DNA of 64,000 nucleotides from Carcharhinus amblyrhynchos. Its lineage: Eukaryota. The stretch's first letter is position 1, and each line of letters begins with the position of its first letter. The notes below the pieces were generated by a model. That model searched no databases, was not told the DNA's origin, and saw only the letters and a program-made list of their open reading frames with translations. The position numbers and the translations under genes are program-made. The DNA lies in NCBI GenBank assembly GCA_965287045.1, contig OZ336878.1, forward strand, positions 56,482,001 to 56,546,000, given 5' to 3'. Below are positions 37,133 to 50,419 of the stretch, piece by piece.

Positions 37133-39134
37133 GGATACAGGTGAGGTCCCAGAGGACTGAAGGATAGTAAATGTGGTACTGTTGTTTAAAAAGGGTAATA
37201 GGGATAACCCAGGTAATTATAGGCTGGTGAGTTTGACGTCAGTGGTAGGGAAGTTGTTGGAAAGGATTCTTAGGGATAGGGTGTATAAGCATTTAGAGTG
37301 TGGCAATTTGATTAGTGATAGGCAGCATGGCTTTGTAAAGGGGAGGTCGCGCCTTACGAATCTGGTAGAATTTTTTGAGGAGGTGACAAAAACGGTCGAC
37401 GAAGGACGAGCCGTGGATGTCGTCTATATGGATTTCAGTAAAGCGCTTGACAAAGTCCTTCATGGTAGGTTGGTGGAAAAGGTTAAGGCTCATGGGATAC
37501 AAGAACAGGTGAATACATGGATTGAGAACTGGCTTGGTAACAGGAGACAGAGAGTAGTAGTGGAAGGGTCCATTTCAAGCTGGAGGTCTGTTACTAGTGG
37601 TGTGCCACAGGGCTCAGTACTGGGACCTTTGTTATTTATAATATACATAAATGACTTGGAAGAAGGAGTAAGTGGCTTGATCAGCATGTTTGCAGATGAT
37701 ACGAAGATGGCTGGACTTGCTGATAGTGAGGAGCAGTATCAGGCAATACAGCAGGATAGAGATAGGCTGGTCTATTGGGCAGAGAAATGGCAAATGGAAT
37801 TTAATCCAGACAAATGCGAGGTGATGCATTTTGGAAGAAATAATGTAGGGAGGAGTTACACGATAAATGGTAGGCCTATTACAAGCATAGAAATGGTGAA
37901 GGACTTGGGGGTGCAGGTACACAAGTCTTTGAAGGTGGGATTACAGGCGGAGGTGATGATGAAGAAGGCCTATGGTATGCTTGCCTTTATAGGGAGGGGT
38001 ACAGAGTATAAAAGCTGGCGTCTAATGTTGCAGTTGTATAGGACGTTGGTTTGCCCGCATTTGGAGTACTGCGTCCAGTTCTGGTTGCCTTACTACCGGA
38101 AGGGCATGGAGACCCTGGAGAGAGTGCAGAGGAGGTTTACCAGGATGTTGCCTGGTATGGAAGGACTGAGTTATGAGGAAAGATTGGGCAAATTGGGGCT
38201 GTTCTCCTTAGAAAGGCAGAGAATGAGGGGAGATCTAATGGAGATGTATAAGATTATGAAGGGTATAGATAGAGTGAACAGTGGTAAGCTTTTTCCTAGG
38301 TTGGATACAATAATTACGAGAGGCCACGGGCTTAGGGTGAGGGGGGCGAGGTATAACTCGGATGTTAGAGGGAGATTTTTCACACAGAGGGTGGTGGGGG
38401 CCTGGAATGCACTGCCATGTAGGCTGGTGGAGGCAGGCACGCTAAGGTTGTTTAAGGCTTACTTAGACAGGCACATGAGTGGGCTACAGATGGAGGGATA
38501 CAGGAGACTTTTCTAAATAAAGATCAAGAGCCTTGGGACGTCCCTGGGAATCAACTGATTCCTATGGATCTTCCAACATATTTCATGGCTCACTTGCTTT
38601 ATTTCTGCGCTTCTGGGGAGTCCATAAATGTCTGTCAAAGTTTTGCATGTTTAGTGATGTCTTTTCTTTTACTTCACAGGAGATTTGGTCCGCCTTGTTG
38701 ACCAACAAGGGGCATACATGCGATGGGTCGTGCGACGGCTGCTCTTGGATGTTGCTTCAAGAGCTGCCTAGTGCTTCACGTCGTTAGTGTAAGCTTAAAC
38801 TGGATCAGTTGACGGGCAACATGACAGCTCAGTGGCTATCACTGTTTGCTGTGCAGATACATGGATTTGGGCTGGTGTCTGCAGGAGTTTGCATATTCTC
38901 CCTGTGATTGCGAGGGTTTTCTCCGGGTGCTCCGGTTTCCTCCCACACCCCAAAAAATGTGCTCTTAGGCTGATTGGTGTAACAAATTATCCCTAAATTA
39001 GTCTTCCCTCAATCTTCCCTAATAGGTGTAGACAAAGGTCATAGGTAGAGGAGGGCACTCAATGTTAAAATGGCGGCGCGGGCTTGTTAGGCTGAAGGGC
39101 ATGTTTCCCGTGCTGTATTGTTCTTTGTCCTTTG
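37133..39134 (+). mobile_element. 5'-truncated CR1/HER1 LINE with open RT ORF (37173-38516) and composite 3' UTR containing a V-SINE body
   Basis: 447-aa uninterrupted ORF with DFSKA.DKV, GVPQGSVLGP and FADD; V-SINE core at ~38813-38980; tail cccgtgctgtattgttctttg. Confidence 0.92.
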
Positions 39135-40403
39135 ATAGGAGTAAGGGATAGTGAAATACAACACACCTGAAATTCTGTAGGGTTTTATTCTTGTCTCATG
39201 CTGTTTCCAGCCATTTCTGTTGAGGTTTTTTTTTTAACCAGTATCCTGGCAGTGGGAGACCATTAGTGGAATTGTAGGGTCCACATAAGCCACTGCTGCA
39301 AAAATATACCAACATGTCCTTTGGTAGGTTGCAAATCAGAACCAGGCTTTGGCTGTGGGAAGATCAATTAAGTGGCAGACATTCTGGCTTAGTATTAAAT
39401 TTGTATTCGATGAAATGTGATCTTGGGAGTATAATGATACATGTTAGTCTCAAGTTAAAATTGATTTTATTTGATTACCTCATGAATGCCCCATTTAATG
39501 GTTAAGATTTCACCTCTGTTGTTTTTTAATGCGTTAAGTAAGATGTTCATGTAAAATTTTGATTGCATTGCTTTTAATTCAGTTGTTGACCTGTTTAAAA
39601 TTAAGTGTGTTCAGATGGTAGAAGCAGGAATTTAATGCAAGTGTGTTAAACCCCAGCACAAAAAGAGTGCACAGCACCTTAAAAATTTGGTGGCAATAAT
39701 TCACCATTTCTGACAATGTCTTTGTAATGACCCATGAAAACAGCTAGACAAAATTATTGATAAGGTTTCAATATTTAATTTTTAACTTTATGTAACATGC
39801 ATATTTGATAGCCAGCATCATCATTTCTCTATATGTTATTGCAAACTCAATGCCATTTGATCAAATCTGGAGTTTTCATTTTAATAACAAAGTTGAGCTA
39901 TTTGAAATATGATAGCTTTCTTAATAAGAAAGTCTGGGTTGAAATCATGTCATGTTACAGTAAGAAACAAGTAAACAGGTTTATATTATGATTCCTTTGT
40001 TCTACAGCTTAAAGCTGTTAACTCTTTCCAATTATTTTTAAATGAATATGTTAACAAATTCATTACAATAGCACAGAAATGCATTTTATACAAACCAATT
40101 CCAAACACTGAATTCAACATATTTGTGTTTAATTGGAAAGTACGTTCCCTAACATAAATGTTAACACTAGAAGGCAAAAGAAAAATATTCTACAGTGGTC
40201 ATGCAGCATGTTTTAGAGGAAACAGCAGGGGAGAGTGCTCCCTGCCGTGAAAAATTGTCTGATGTGTAAGTACTTCACAAAAAATGTTTTCCATTTGCAA
40301 CAAAACCACGTTTTTAAAAAACTTGAAAAATTACTTGTGCATTAATCTCCTTCCAATTTCTATGTGTAATGAAATGATTTAAAGTAACACATTCATAACT
40401 AAC

Positions 40404-40541
40404 CAGTGGCAAACTCGACTTGTGTCTCCCGTCTGAATACCCCTTCTGTAAGAGAGTATCCATTAGCTGCTTCCCCGATTTCTTTTGCTGTTGTCCAATA
40501 AATGGGATTTAGGATTGAGATGAGTTTCCTCATGGCAGGGC
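40404..40541 (-). CDS. HMCN1: Hemicentin-1 exon (G2F domain)
   Basis: [46 protein letters not shown]; 138 bp. Confidence 0.94.
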
Positions 40542-41181
40542 CTAGAAAAAAGACAATGAAGTACTCAATACTTGTCATAAAACAATCTATATTTGGAAGT
40601 TATAAAGCACCAACCATGCCAACAGTCCTTTCATTATATATAGAGTAACTTCTGATACACAAAAGGTCGGTTCACAAACTAATCCAGAATATTTAGATAT
40701 GGGGATAAATCAGTGAATGTGCATTGCAAGCCTTTGGGCTGTAAACAAAAGATTCAGCTCATTTGACTCATGAGAAAATTACAAAGTAAGAGGTTATGAT
40801 GCTCCCTGCATGCCCAAATACATTATAAAAATAATTAAGGAGTTCTCTGGCATCGTTAGAGTAGTAAGGTGATTTCCTGCACCAGGTAGCTCAAGAAAAG
40901 TGTTAAAATTACAAGCTTAGGTGCTATCCCCTTCCCATGGCTACTGATGAGAATTAAGCATTTCTGCCCTGCCCCTCGTTTCTTTATTTCCTAATTTCTT
41001 CTATTTCCAAGGTGTCTTTTTTTCTGTTTTAATGACATTTCACTTTTTATTAAAGTGAATGTTAGCTGTTTTGGACTCAAACCCAGATTCTGAAGATGAA
41101 GCCCACAGAGTAGCCCACACCCTTCAGTCACGTACATGTCTGGAAAAGGTTGAGTTGATGAATCAGGTACTAAGCACTTAC

Positions 41182-41331
41182 CTATGCTCCTGGGTATATT
41201 TGAGATTTGTGCTTTTATAACTTGCGTACCAGTTTCTGGGCTGTCAAACACTGTAGCATTCAGTAAAGCAACACCAAATTCCACGTTGTTAATATTTCCT
41301 ATAACACTTCCTCTGGCACGCTGAGGACCTC
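41182..41331 (-). CDS. HMCN1: Hemicentin-1 exon (start of G2F domain)
   Basis: GGPQRARGSVIGNINNVEFGVALLNATV...NIPRSI; 150 bp. Confidence 0.94.
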
Positions 41332-42552
41332 CTGAAAGTAAGACATAGATAATGCAAATTTCCTGCTATTTTGAAAAGAAAACTTAAGGTGAATAGTTTA
41401 GTGCTTGTTAACCAGTCACCTGTCTATGAGAAGATATGTTCGCACTACCTGTGTACCCTGATTCCTGAACTATCTATGGCATTGGCATGCAATGTGTTAA
41501 AACAACTTTCTGCTGAGAATGAAATGCTTTGTGTAAGTGAACCTCAGGAAAATGTACCTTCTTAAGATTAACGGACTGATGAAATGTATGAAATTCATTC
41601 AGTGTGTTTCTGGTTATCTGGAAGATCCTGAAAGGCTTGAGAGCTGTATGATCAATTAAGCTTAAGTAAGTGATATTGGAATGGTAATGGAATGATTGGA
41701 AGTTATTGAAAAGTGTTAAGTGCATTTTTCTGGGTTCATTATGATTTTCTGGTATAATTTGAATGCACCCTTGATGTACTGTGACTTGTGAAGAAATGCA
41801 GAGAACAAAAGTAGAATTGGTATAAAATTTGAGTGAACCACTGCATGCTATAGTCATACTGGATTGTAGAGTGTGGTGTACTACAATGATAGTAATGCAA
41901 TTGATATAGTTATTTATATATATATTTTATGCGTAAGGGAAATGTTTAAATTCAACTTTATTCTATAGGTAGTTGGTGTGTCTGGGAAACATTTAGCTGA
42001 AGGGTTGTGAAAGCAAGTTAAATACTCGTTTCAGCTAGAAATTTGTTACATTGATAGTGCTGATGGATTTCTGTTGACATAAAAGATTCCTTGGGAATTT
42101 GATTGACAGGGTCATGTAACAATGTAGCTAATGTGCAAAGCTGAGTCTATAGCAGACAGAAAGAAGCTTTTGCAGTTTAGAGTTGGGATTGTGGATGGAA
42201 ATTGAAGATAGAGTTTCTTCAAGCTACTCAGGAACTCGTATCTCTCTCAGAAAACTCCAAAGCTGTCTACAATTGTTATAGCAAGTAGACATGAGTGTTA
42301 ACTGTATTTAAAGTGGCCTTTAAGTCTGTAAGAGGAATGTTGCCTACTTGGAACTGAAAGTTTAAAATTAACATGGTTAATGTCAGCAACAAATAGAAAG
42401 TAGGAATGATGTTACAAGAAAAAGGTCATGTCTCACAAAACTTTTTTCCTGGTGATAGGACTTCTCTGAAGTGGTTCTTGTTGAATTATGAAGATTGTAT
42501 CGAACTCAAAACTGAAGTTCTTTTCAATTATTCAACAAAACAGCTGACAAAC

Positions 42553-42723
42553 CTGGACATGGTTGGACTTTACATCTGGACACCTGTGAACCATCGCCTG
42601 GGCATGAACGGCCTCCACTAGAGGGCACTGGGTTGTTACACAGACGAAGACGCCTCTGTTCGCCACCTCCACAAGATGCTGAACAATCATTCCAGGTTTG
42701 CCAAGGTCCCCAGTTTCCATCCA
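42553..42723 (-). CDS. HMCN1: Hemicentin-1 exon (TSP1 repeat 6)
   Basis: VDGNWGPWQTWNDCSASCGGGEQRRLRLCNNP...CP; 171 bp. Confidence 0.95.
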
Positions 42724-44315
42724 CTGGACATAAATTCAGGAGGAATAATTAAGAACAATTACTAAATAGCATTATTTGTATCACCAAGGAAGAGTCTGAA
42801 GAAACATTAGAGTTTTACATGAAATTAATTGCCTTTCTGGTGAGTAAAATCATACTTCTATAAACATTCCCCTCTTGCTCCTTGTAAACTCCATTCTTTC
42901 TTACATGTCCCTTTGCATCCCAATCTTACTGAAATCAAGGCTTGTTTTAATAGCCTATTTTAGCTCATTCTCTCCCAGGACTTTACATCTGTGGATTGCT
43001 TTACCTCCTTCAATCATTCCTTTCATCTCCAATCTACAGACTTTTAAAGTACAAGGTAGTGTCAACTAACCAACACAACTTGATCTACTCTGACTTCTCT
43101 CTTGGGTGAAATTGGTCTTGTGGCAGCACACAATAGGCAATAGCAAATGTGTAGGCCATTTACACTCAGTCTGACTGACTTCAGAGGAAAAGCAAACTGA
43201 ATAGAATATAGATTTATTATTGTGTATTTAAAACCCTTGCCTAATTTCAGCCTCTTAATCTGCACATCAACATGTCTCAAATTTAAAATGTTGTAAAATA
43301 TAGAATTTTAAGATCAGCAATGTTTACAATATTTTATCCATCTTTGATTCATTTGAAGTGTTCAAATTAAATTATGGGCATTTGGAATCAATTGTACAGA
43401 GCATTATATTCATGAAAAAAATGTTCAACGAATTTCTTTGAAGGCAGACTCAATGTCGATGGTATGTTGTGTATGTGTTGGGAACAGTGCACTATTTGTG
43501 GGGAAGGTAGTGTTCTCTCATTGTGAGAGATGCACTACCTGCACATAGCAGTGGTAATTGCACGTGTCAGTGTATTGCTGTGGGTTTTGCCTCCTAGTGG
43601 GTATATTAAACAAGCAAAAGCTTGCATCTGATTGCAAGGCTGGTCAATCCGCTAATGGTTTCCCAGGTTGTTGCACTGGAAGTGTCAGTATCAAATAAGT
43701 GCAGCAGTAATTATCTCTGGTAACAGCTCCTACTGGTATTATCCATTATACCCCCTCTCTCAGGGAGAGAGGTGTTTGCAAGCCAAGGTGGAGTCAGGTA
43801 TAATCAGTTTTTGCAAGACGCCCTTTAAGTATTCTACTGCAGAATGTATTAAAGATGAATTTCAATAAAAACATCACCACTTCATGAAGAAACAGAACTC
43901 ATTCTCCAGAAGCCATATATCAATTTAATTACACATAAAAGACTGCCAATTCTTACAGTTGCTGCAACTTTGGTTCTGATATTGCATCTTCTGTCATGTT
44001 TGCATCCTGATCAGCATCTCATGCCATGTCATCCTACATATGGCCTGGAATTCACTGTAAATTTGAGTTTCATCTGATATCTCATATTGCATAAATGACA
44101 GGAGGAACATTGCATCAGATTTTGAGAAGACTTTGCTAGTTCTTTTATATTTGTTCACATTATTAGAATACATCTATCTGAGACTGCCTATGCAAAGTAA
44201 CTGGAAAATGGATATGTTGATCACTATTTTCAGCTCTGATCTGTTGGCAATTACACCAAAAATTCCTGGCCCACAATGTTGCTCCAAAATACGAATGTAA
44301 AATCAACCAGCTCAC

Positions 44316-44486
44316 CTGGGCAAACATCAATACTACATCGCTGAACCCGAGTATCAGCTCCAGCGCAAGCCCTTCCACCACTTGCTGGCCGGGGATTGTC
44401 ACAGGTACGATATCGTCGCTTTTGTCCTCCATTGCATGTTCGACTGCAGGTTCCCCAACTGCTCCATGGACCCCAGTTTCCATGGA
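44316..44486 (-). CDS. HMCN1: Hemicentin-1 exon (TSP1 repeat 5)
   Basis: VHGNWGPWSSWGTCSRTCNGGQKRRYRTCDNP...CP; 171 bp. Confidence 0.95.
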
Positions 44487-45653
44487 CTAAAGATAATGCA
44501 AACAAAAAACAATTCTAGCATTATTCAATATGTTATAACTTGTGGACCATAACTTCAATATACAAATAGAACAAACAAGTCCTCCTGCTGTGAACCTGAG
44601 AACACAAACTAATAGTCTGGGGAGTTAATTAGGTAGCTAAATGAGCTAACCAATTGCTTGTTCTTTATAGCCTTTCAGGCAGGTTCTCTTTTGTTGGTAT
44701 ATTAACCATTTATTGCGATTTAAAAAAAAACATGAATATAGTATACTTTAAGTCACATCTTAACGCGTTTCTTGCTCCAAATCCTTTCAGTGAGAAAAGT
44801 CAAAAAAATCAAAGATCAGGAGGAATTTCTTCACACGAGTTATCAACAACTGGAATTCATTTTTCAAGCAGGATAATTGGTGAAAATATTGGATTTGTTC
44901 AAGTAAGTGGGAAGATGAGAAGGAAACTTTTTTTCTGGACGAAAAGGTGAAAAAGAGTTGACTAGCTCCTCCTTCTGCATTTATCTTGTAATTCTGTGAA
45001 TGAAGAGTACAATAACTGACAACTAGGCTGTGCTGCAGCAGCGAAAGTAAGTGTATAATATTCATACAGTGCACACCAGAGGGTGGTGGCAAAAAACAGT
45101 AAAACTAAGCCACCATGGTACATTTGCCTAACATGATGGAAATACTGCCAATTCCAGAGAGACATAACCTAAATTCAAACAATTGAAGCACAAGTTGGTA
45201 ATACCAAAAGATTGCCAAGTTTGTGTCAAGATACTGCTGGAGTTCAATTAGTTATGAATGTGCAATGTTTCAGCACAGAACATTTAGGCAACAGCTAGGA
45301 GGCTTACACTATGGAAAGTCAATCTTCCCTTATGGAGAAAACGGAAAATTACGAATGAGCACTAGTATCCAAATGGCAATATTTCAGGTTGAGACTATGA
45401 GCCAAACCACTGCCTTAAGGCCTCAAGATGCTAATTTTCCTTTTGGGTGCTGATGGACCAGTCATGTATTTCTAGAAAATTCTGATTGTATTATATCTTA
45501 ATCTATTGTATGACTTTTACTTTAAATTCCAAATTTTTTTTGTTTAAAGATGCATACACTGCAATGGTTTAATCAGTTAATGGATGGCAGTAACTGAACT
45601 AGCAACCAATTAGCATTTTTTTTGAAGATCTGCAATCATCTTTCAATACTCAC

Positions 45654-45824
45654 CTGGACATGGATCACTGTTGCAGAAATCAATCTGTACATCATTGCCT
45701 TCGCAGTAGCGCCCTCCATATTGTGGCGTTGGATCTGAACATGTTCTGGCCCTTTGGCGTGTACCTCCTCCACAGGACACACTACATGCTGTCCAGCTGA
45801 TCCAGGATGTCCATTTTCCATCCA
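45654..45824 (-). CDS. HMCN1: Hemicentin-1 exon (TSP1 repeat 4)
   Basis: VDGKWTSWISWTACSVSCGGGTRQRARTCSDP...CP; 171 bp; AAG acceptor. Confidence 0.95.
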
Positions 45825-46239
45825 CTTAAAACAGCAAAATGCCAAATAATTAGAATTTGATTATATAATTAGAACAATTGTATTAGTTAGCCTAAAAAGA
45901 TTCATGGTACTCAATATTCATGAACAGAGGCTCTTGGTCCAGCCAATTGGGCAAAGGATACATTTATAATCCTCTCTTACTTGTCAAACAGGCTGTGTTA
46001 ATTCACTGGGCTGCAGTGAATAATGACTAGCTTTGTAATTGATATCAAATAGTTTTCCATTTCAATTTACTTAAGATTGAGGCTCAAAGTTAGCACTTGC
46101 ATTTATATAAGATCTTTCATGCTTTCATAATGCCCCAAAGCACTTCAAAACTAATGAATCATTTTTATAGTTCCATTAACTGTTGCCATGACAATTTAAA
46201 CAAAACAAACTCTGGTTGAGGATAGGAGGCTGGTCCCGG

Positions 46240-47160
46240 GAGACAGACTGAAATGAGAAAGGAAGAAAGGTGTCCCGGTTCCTTTTAAATATCGTGTCCG
46301 ACATTAGGGCCCAAATGGGCTGATGGTGGGGAGAGGGACTTCCTTCCACCCCAACTACAAGATTCACGGTGCTTAGCATGGATCCATGAGTAATGAGCTG
46401 AACAGTACAAGATTGCATGTGGTCATCTGCCCCACACTCCAGCTGGAATCGCTCCCACTCCAGCACCCATCACCAAACTTCGACTCCAGAGAAGATTCTG
46501 CCTCCAGGTGGAAACAAAGCTGCCTGGAAATGACTGAGAAACAGCACTGAAGGAGACTGAAACTGAAAGCTGATGGTTTCAAACATCTGTGCCTTTGTCA
46601 GTGCGGAATAATGCAGCATCTTACAGGCAGCTGCACACAGGTGCATCACCCAGGTGATAGATGTTCTCTTCATGGAAGCTACATAACACATCAAATCCAT
46701 AACCTCTAGAGCATCGCAGACTCAGAGAACATTGGGTTTGGTGTCTGGACCAGGCGATAGTTCACTTCTGCAAGGGATTTGATTATTGTGATGATCTGCT
46801 GTGCTCTCCATAACAAAGCCTTCCAGAGAGGTATGGACCTCGAGGATGGTGAAGCCATAGAAGGCGATAATTCATTGAGGGAGGTGCAGGCAGTGAGACC
46901 AGAAGTATTGGAAGCAGAGGGACAAGATGCTGAACAGAAAGATGCTCCTGCTGCTTGATAAGGTAATCTCCTCCTGCAACCTTGGGGAAGTGAACCTCCA
47001 TCCTCTCCTTCATGGATACCAAGAATCCAGCTGCCCTGTGATATGAAAGGTTTTGACACAAACTTTCACCCTTAGGGATGGCTGCCTTGAGTGTCTGAAA
47101 GCTGCCTCTATTCCTGCCCCTCACATGCTTTAATCAGACAGTCTACATAGCGTAATTGCA
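46240..47160 (+). mobile_element. Harbinger/PIF transposase remnant
   Basis: Broken frames giving LEMTEKQH*RRLKL, AAHRCITQVIDVLF and IIVMICCALHNKAFQRG (HARBI1-like). Confidence 0.7.
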
Positions 47161-47708
47161 AGCTCACCCCTGCAAAACTCTGAACTTCAGTCAGTTTCCT
47201 AGTAAAACAGGTTTCTGTCACAAAAAATGATGTGGTTCCTGTATCCTGTCTCCTTGCCATTTCATGCTATTCAGCTCACCTATGGTATGACTCCCATCAA
47301 GAAGGCAGATCTGAAAAAAACCCTCCTACACAGAACTTCAATGTAAAATCCACCTGGACATATAAATGGGAATCATTGGACACAACAGCAAGTACCTAAT
47401 TTCAAACCCAACAGCTGCCTGGTTTCAACCTTTCAAGTAAAGAGTGGTCCACCCTCAACATGTTCAGGACTGGCCAAAGCCCCTGCTTGTCCAACCTCCA
47501 CAGATGGGGCAGTAGTGCCAGCCCCATTATGTGCCTGTGGGAGAGAGCAAACTATGCACCACATCATAGAAGAGTGTCATATAGACCCAGCAGAGGCCTA
47601 TCCACACACAACACAGCAGGACTGAATGAAACTGCTTGCCTTACGGACTTTGCATTTGTTACATAAATAAAATGACAACAATCTAGCCCATAGTTTCTAA
47701 TTGCTTAC

Positions 47709-47879
47709 CTGGACACAACCTGTTCTTACAAACCCGTGTTTGTGCATCTTGTCCCTCACAGTGGGCCCCATCAAACGATGGCGGAGGATTATTGCACAGT
47801 CTTAGTCTAGTTTGAGTCCCTTTACCACAGGTCTCAGTGCATGGTCCCCAGGGCAACCAGGAGCTCCAGCCACCAACAA
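47709..47879 (-). CDS. HMCN1: Hemicentin-1 exon (TSP1 repeat 3)
   Basis: VVGGWSSWLPWGPCTETCGKGTQTRLRLCNNP...CP; 171 bp. Confidence 0.95.
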
Positions 47880-49710
47880 CTGAAGAAAGATTGATAAAAA
47901 GGTACAGGAACATTTCAGTATATAAAAGTATAAACATTGGAAAAGGCCTTACAAAAAAGATTAAAATAGTAAACAGGATGGAAAGCAATAAATCTTTAAC
48001 ATTATTTTGTTAAATAGAAATAAAAAAATCACAGGTTCACATTAGCAATGGGCAAATTTATGTCTCTTATAAAGAAAGTAATAAAATGGTGCGATGGGCT
48101 TCTAAGTTTTTTTGTTCCTTCCCAGGACATAGGAATTGCTGGCTAGACCAATATTTTTATTGTCATTTCTAATTAGCCACTTTCTTGGACTACCAGAGTC
48201 CAGGTAGGAGCCTTGATGAGTTGCTGCAGTGCATCTTATAGATTGTATACACAATTGCCAATATGTATTGATGATGGAAGGGGTGAACGTTAGAAATGAT
48301 GGAAGGGGTGCTCATCAAGTTGGCTCCTTTGTCCTGGATGGTGTTGAGCTTCTAGAGTGTTGTTGGAGCTGCACCCATCCAAGCAAGCGGAGAGTACTCC
48401 ACCACACTCCGGATTTGTGATGATAGGCAGCCTTTCAGGAATCAGTAGCAAGAAAAATCTCAGAAAACTGAAAAGGAACACAGAAGGCAGGAGACTGAAT
48501 GACTGAACATAGTTTGGAAATGAACTTTTCCCTTCATACCCATCTTGTGAAAAATGACAGATCTAAACTGGGAATATGCAGCACCACGTAAGAGAGAGAG
48601 AATTAAGACAATATACCATTTTTCTTTCTCTATATCACCCGAGATAGGAAGAGATGAGTGATCATGTCATTTAAGGTGCACTTGTTTTCAGGAGAATATA
48701 TTTGTCTAACCTTTTTTTCATTGGTAATAAGCAAGGGACATGATGATGTAGAGTGTTCTGAATACAACATTATATGAGTTGTGTGTGGTGCCAATGAGAA
48801 AAATGATATGCTGCAAGCTCTGATTATTCTGCTTTCTTTCTCTTCAAAACATGATTTTACTAAAAGTGTACATCTTTAAGCACTTGAAGTCAGGGAGGAT
48901 GCATAGATACATGGATGTCTTATTGTTCTGCTTGTGTTTTTGTTGGGAGTTAAGGGAGTTTAAACATTTAAGCAATTTGCCTTTCTTGCTTTATGGAATT
49001 CAGTTAGATCGGGGCATGGGATAGGTGGGTGTCCATCAAATTAGTGCTCTTGTTGATTATTAATGCTCTAGTTGCTGTATTTTTTTTGTGTTAGTTGTTG
49101 ATACTAGCTTGTTGTCACTGCTCTCTTTTATAGAACCATAACAGGAGTGGTACTAAAAAGCTCATTTCAATTCTGAGCAAGATTGGGGTTGGCAAATACC
49201 CAGCACAGCAACCCCAACATCTTCCATCCCCAACGCAGTAGGATGAAGAGATTTTAACTCCTTGGCATTTATTGCATGTTCCTGAATCTGGCTTGATAGG
49301 GAATCAGCAGGAATTATGTCACTGCCAGAGAGTTAGGGTCAAAACTGGCGGTGTGATGTGGGAGGATTACCAATTAAAAAAGTACCTTCCAAAGCAAATA
49401 GGGATTGGGAGATGGGAAGGCAGAGGTTGGAAGCCTTCAAAAGTCTAAGTTATCCTTGTCCAGGCCAGTGAAGTAGCCTGGTCTTGCATAGAAGAGGACA
49501 TATTTTAGAGAAAAAAAGTACTCTACTCCTGTGTAAGAGGGGCAACGGAAGAGTAAATAAACTGAAATTCAATACACTCTTTCAAATGTTTCTTGGAGAC
49601 ATCCCTCTGATCAGGAGTCCTAAGCAATGGAAGTTATATTCAAAGTCTTTGTGTAAGATAGAAAGTTAGTGAGAGAGTGAACATTAGACTGTTCAAATTG
49701 TCTCTGATAC

Positions 49711-49881
49711 CTGGACAAGGCCGAATGTTGCACATGATAGCCTCCACAGCTTTGCCTTCACATCTTTTCCCCCCATTTTGCACTGATGGATTAGTGCACG
49801 TCCTGGTCCTTGTCCTGTTGCCCTGGCCACATGTACGAGAACATTCCTCCCACTGGCCCCACTCTGACCAGCTGCCATCCA
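49711..49881 (-). CDS. HMCN1: Hemicentin-1 exon (TSP1 repeat 2)
   Basis: VDGSWSEWGQWEECSRTCGQGNRTRTRTCTNP...CP; 171 bp. Confidence 0.95.
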
Positions 49882-50419
49882 CTGAAGGCACAAAATATTC
49901 ATTAATAGTGTTTTTCAGCGGTTAATGTTAATTTATTCTTTTAGCAACATTTCATCAAAATAACACATACAAAATCTCTACCTGTTCTATGTCAAGGAGT
50001 TACTCCAAAGCGATTAGTTTAGAGCAAGCAAAGCATAGGCAACAATTAAATGTCAAAATTAAAATTAATTTCCCACTTCTGATATGTTGCAGTCCTTTCC
50101 TGAAGGTATTGACTCATACTTTCAGTATGATTGTACAGATCCACCTAGCTCTCTGGTACTTGCAGAGAGTTTGGAAAGATAATTCATTGATTTTCAAATT
50201 TTGATCCCTGAATATTAGGGAGGGCAAGATAATCTTGGAGGCCCATGAAGTCACACCTCTGTTTGTCACCCGATTTCTTTATCTTTGTATATTTCTAAAC
50301 AAACTGACATAATTTCCTGTTGCTGTATACTAATTAAGATTTCAACACTATTAGCAATGTTTATCTTTACGTGAATGTCACTTTCTTTTAGAAATGAGGG
50401 GATAGGGTCCTGTGAAAGT

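Noticed and set aside
37173-38516. 447-aa ORF as a domesticated RT gene
   Set aside because: It is a 5'-truncated CR1 ORF2 with no ATG start or endonuclease domain; the open frame is explained by young age.
41860-42500. Possible LTR fragment (also ~48430-49150)
   Set aside because: Composition is suggestive, but no termini or TSD could be defined by eye.
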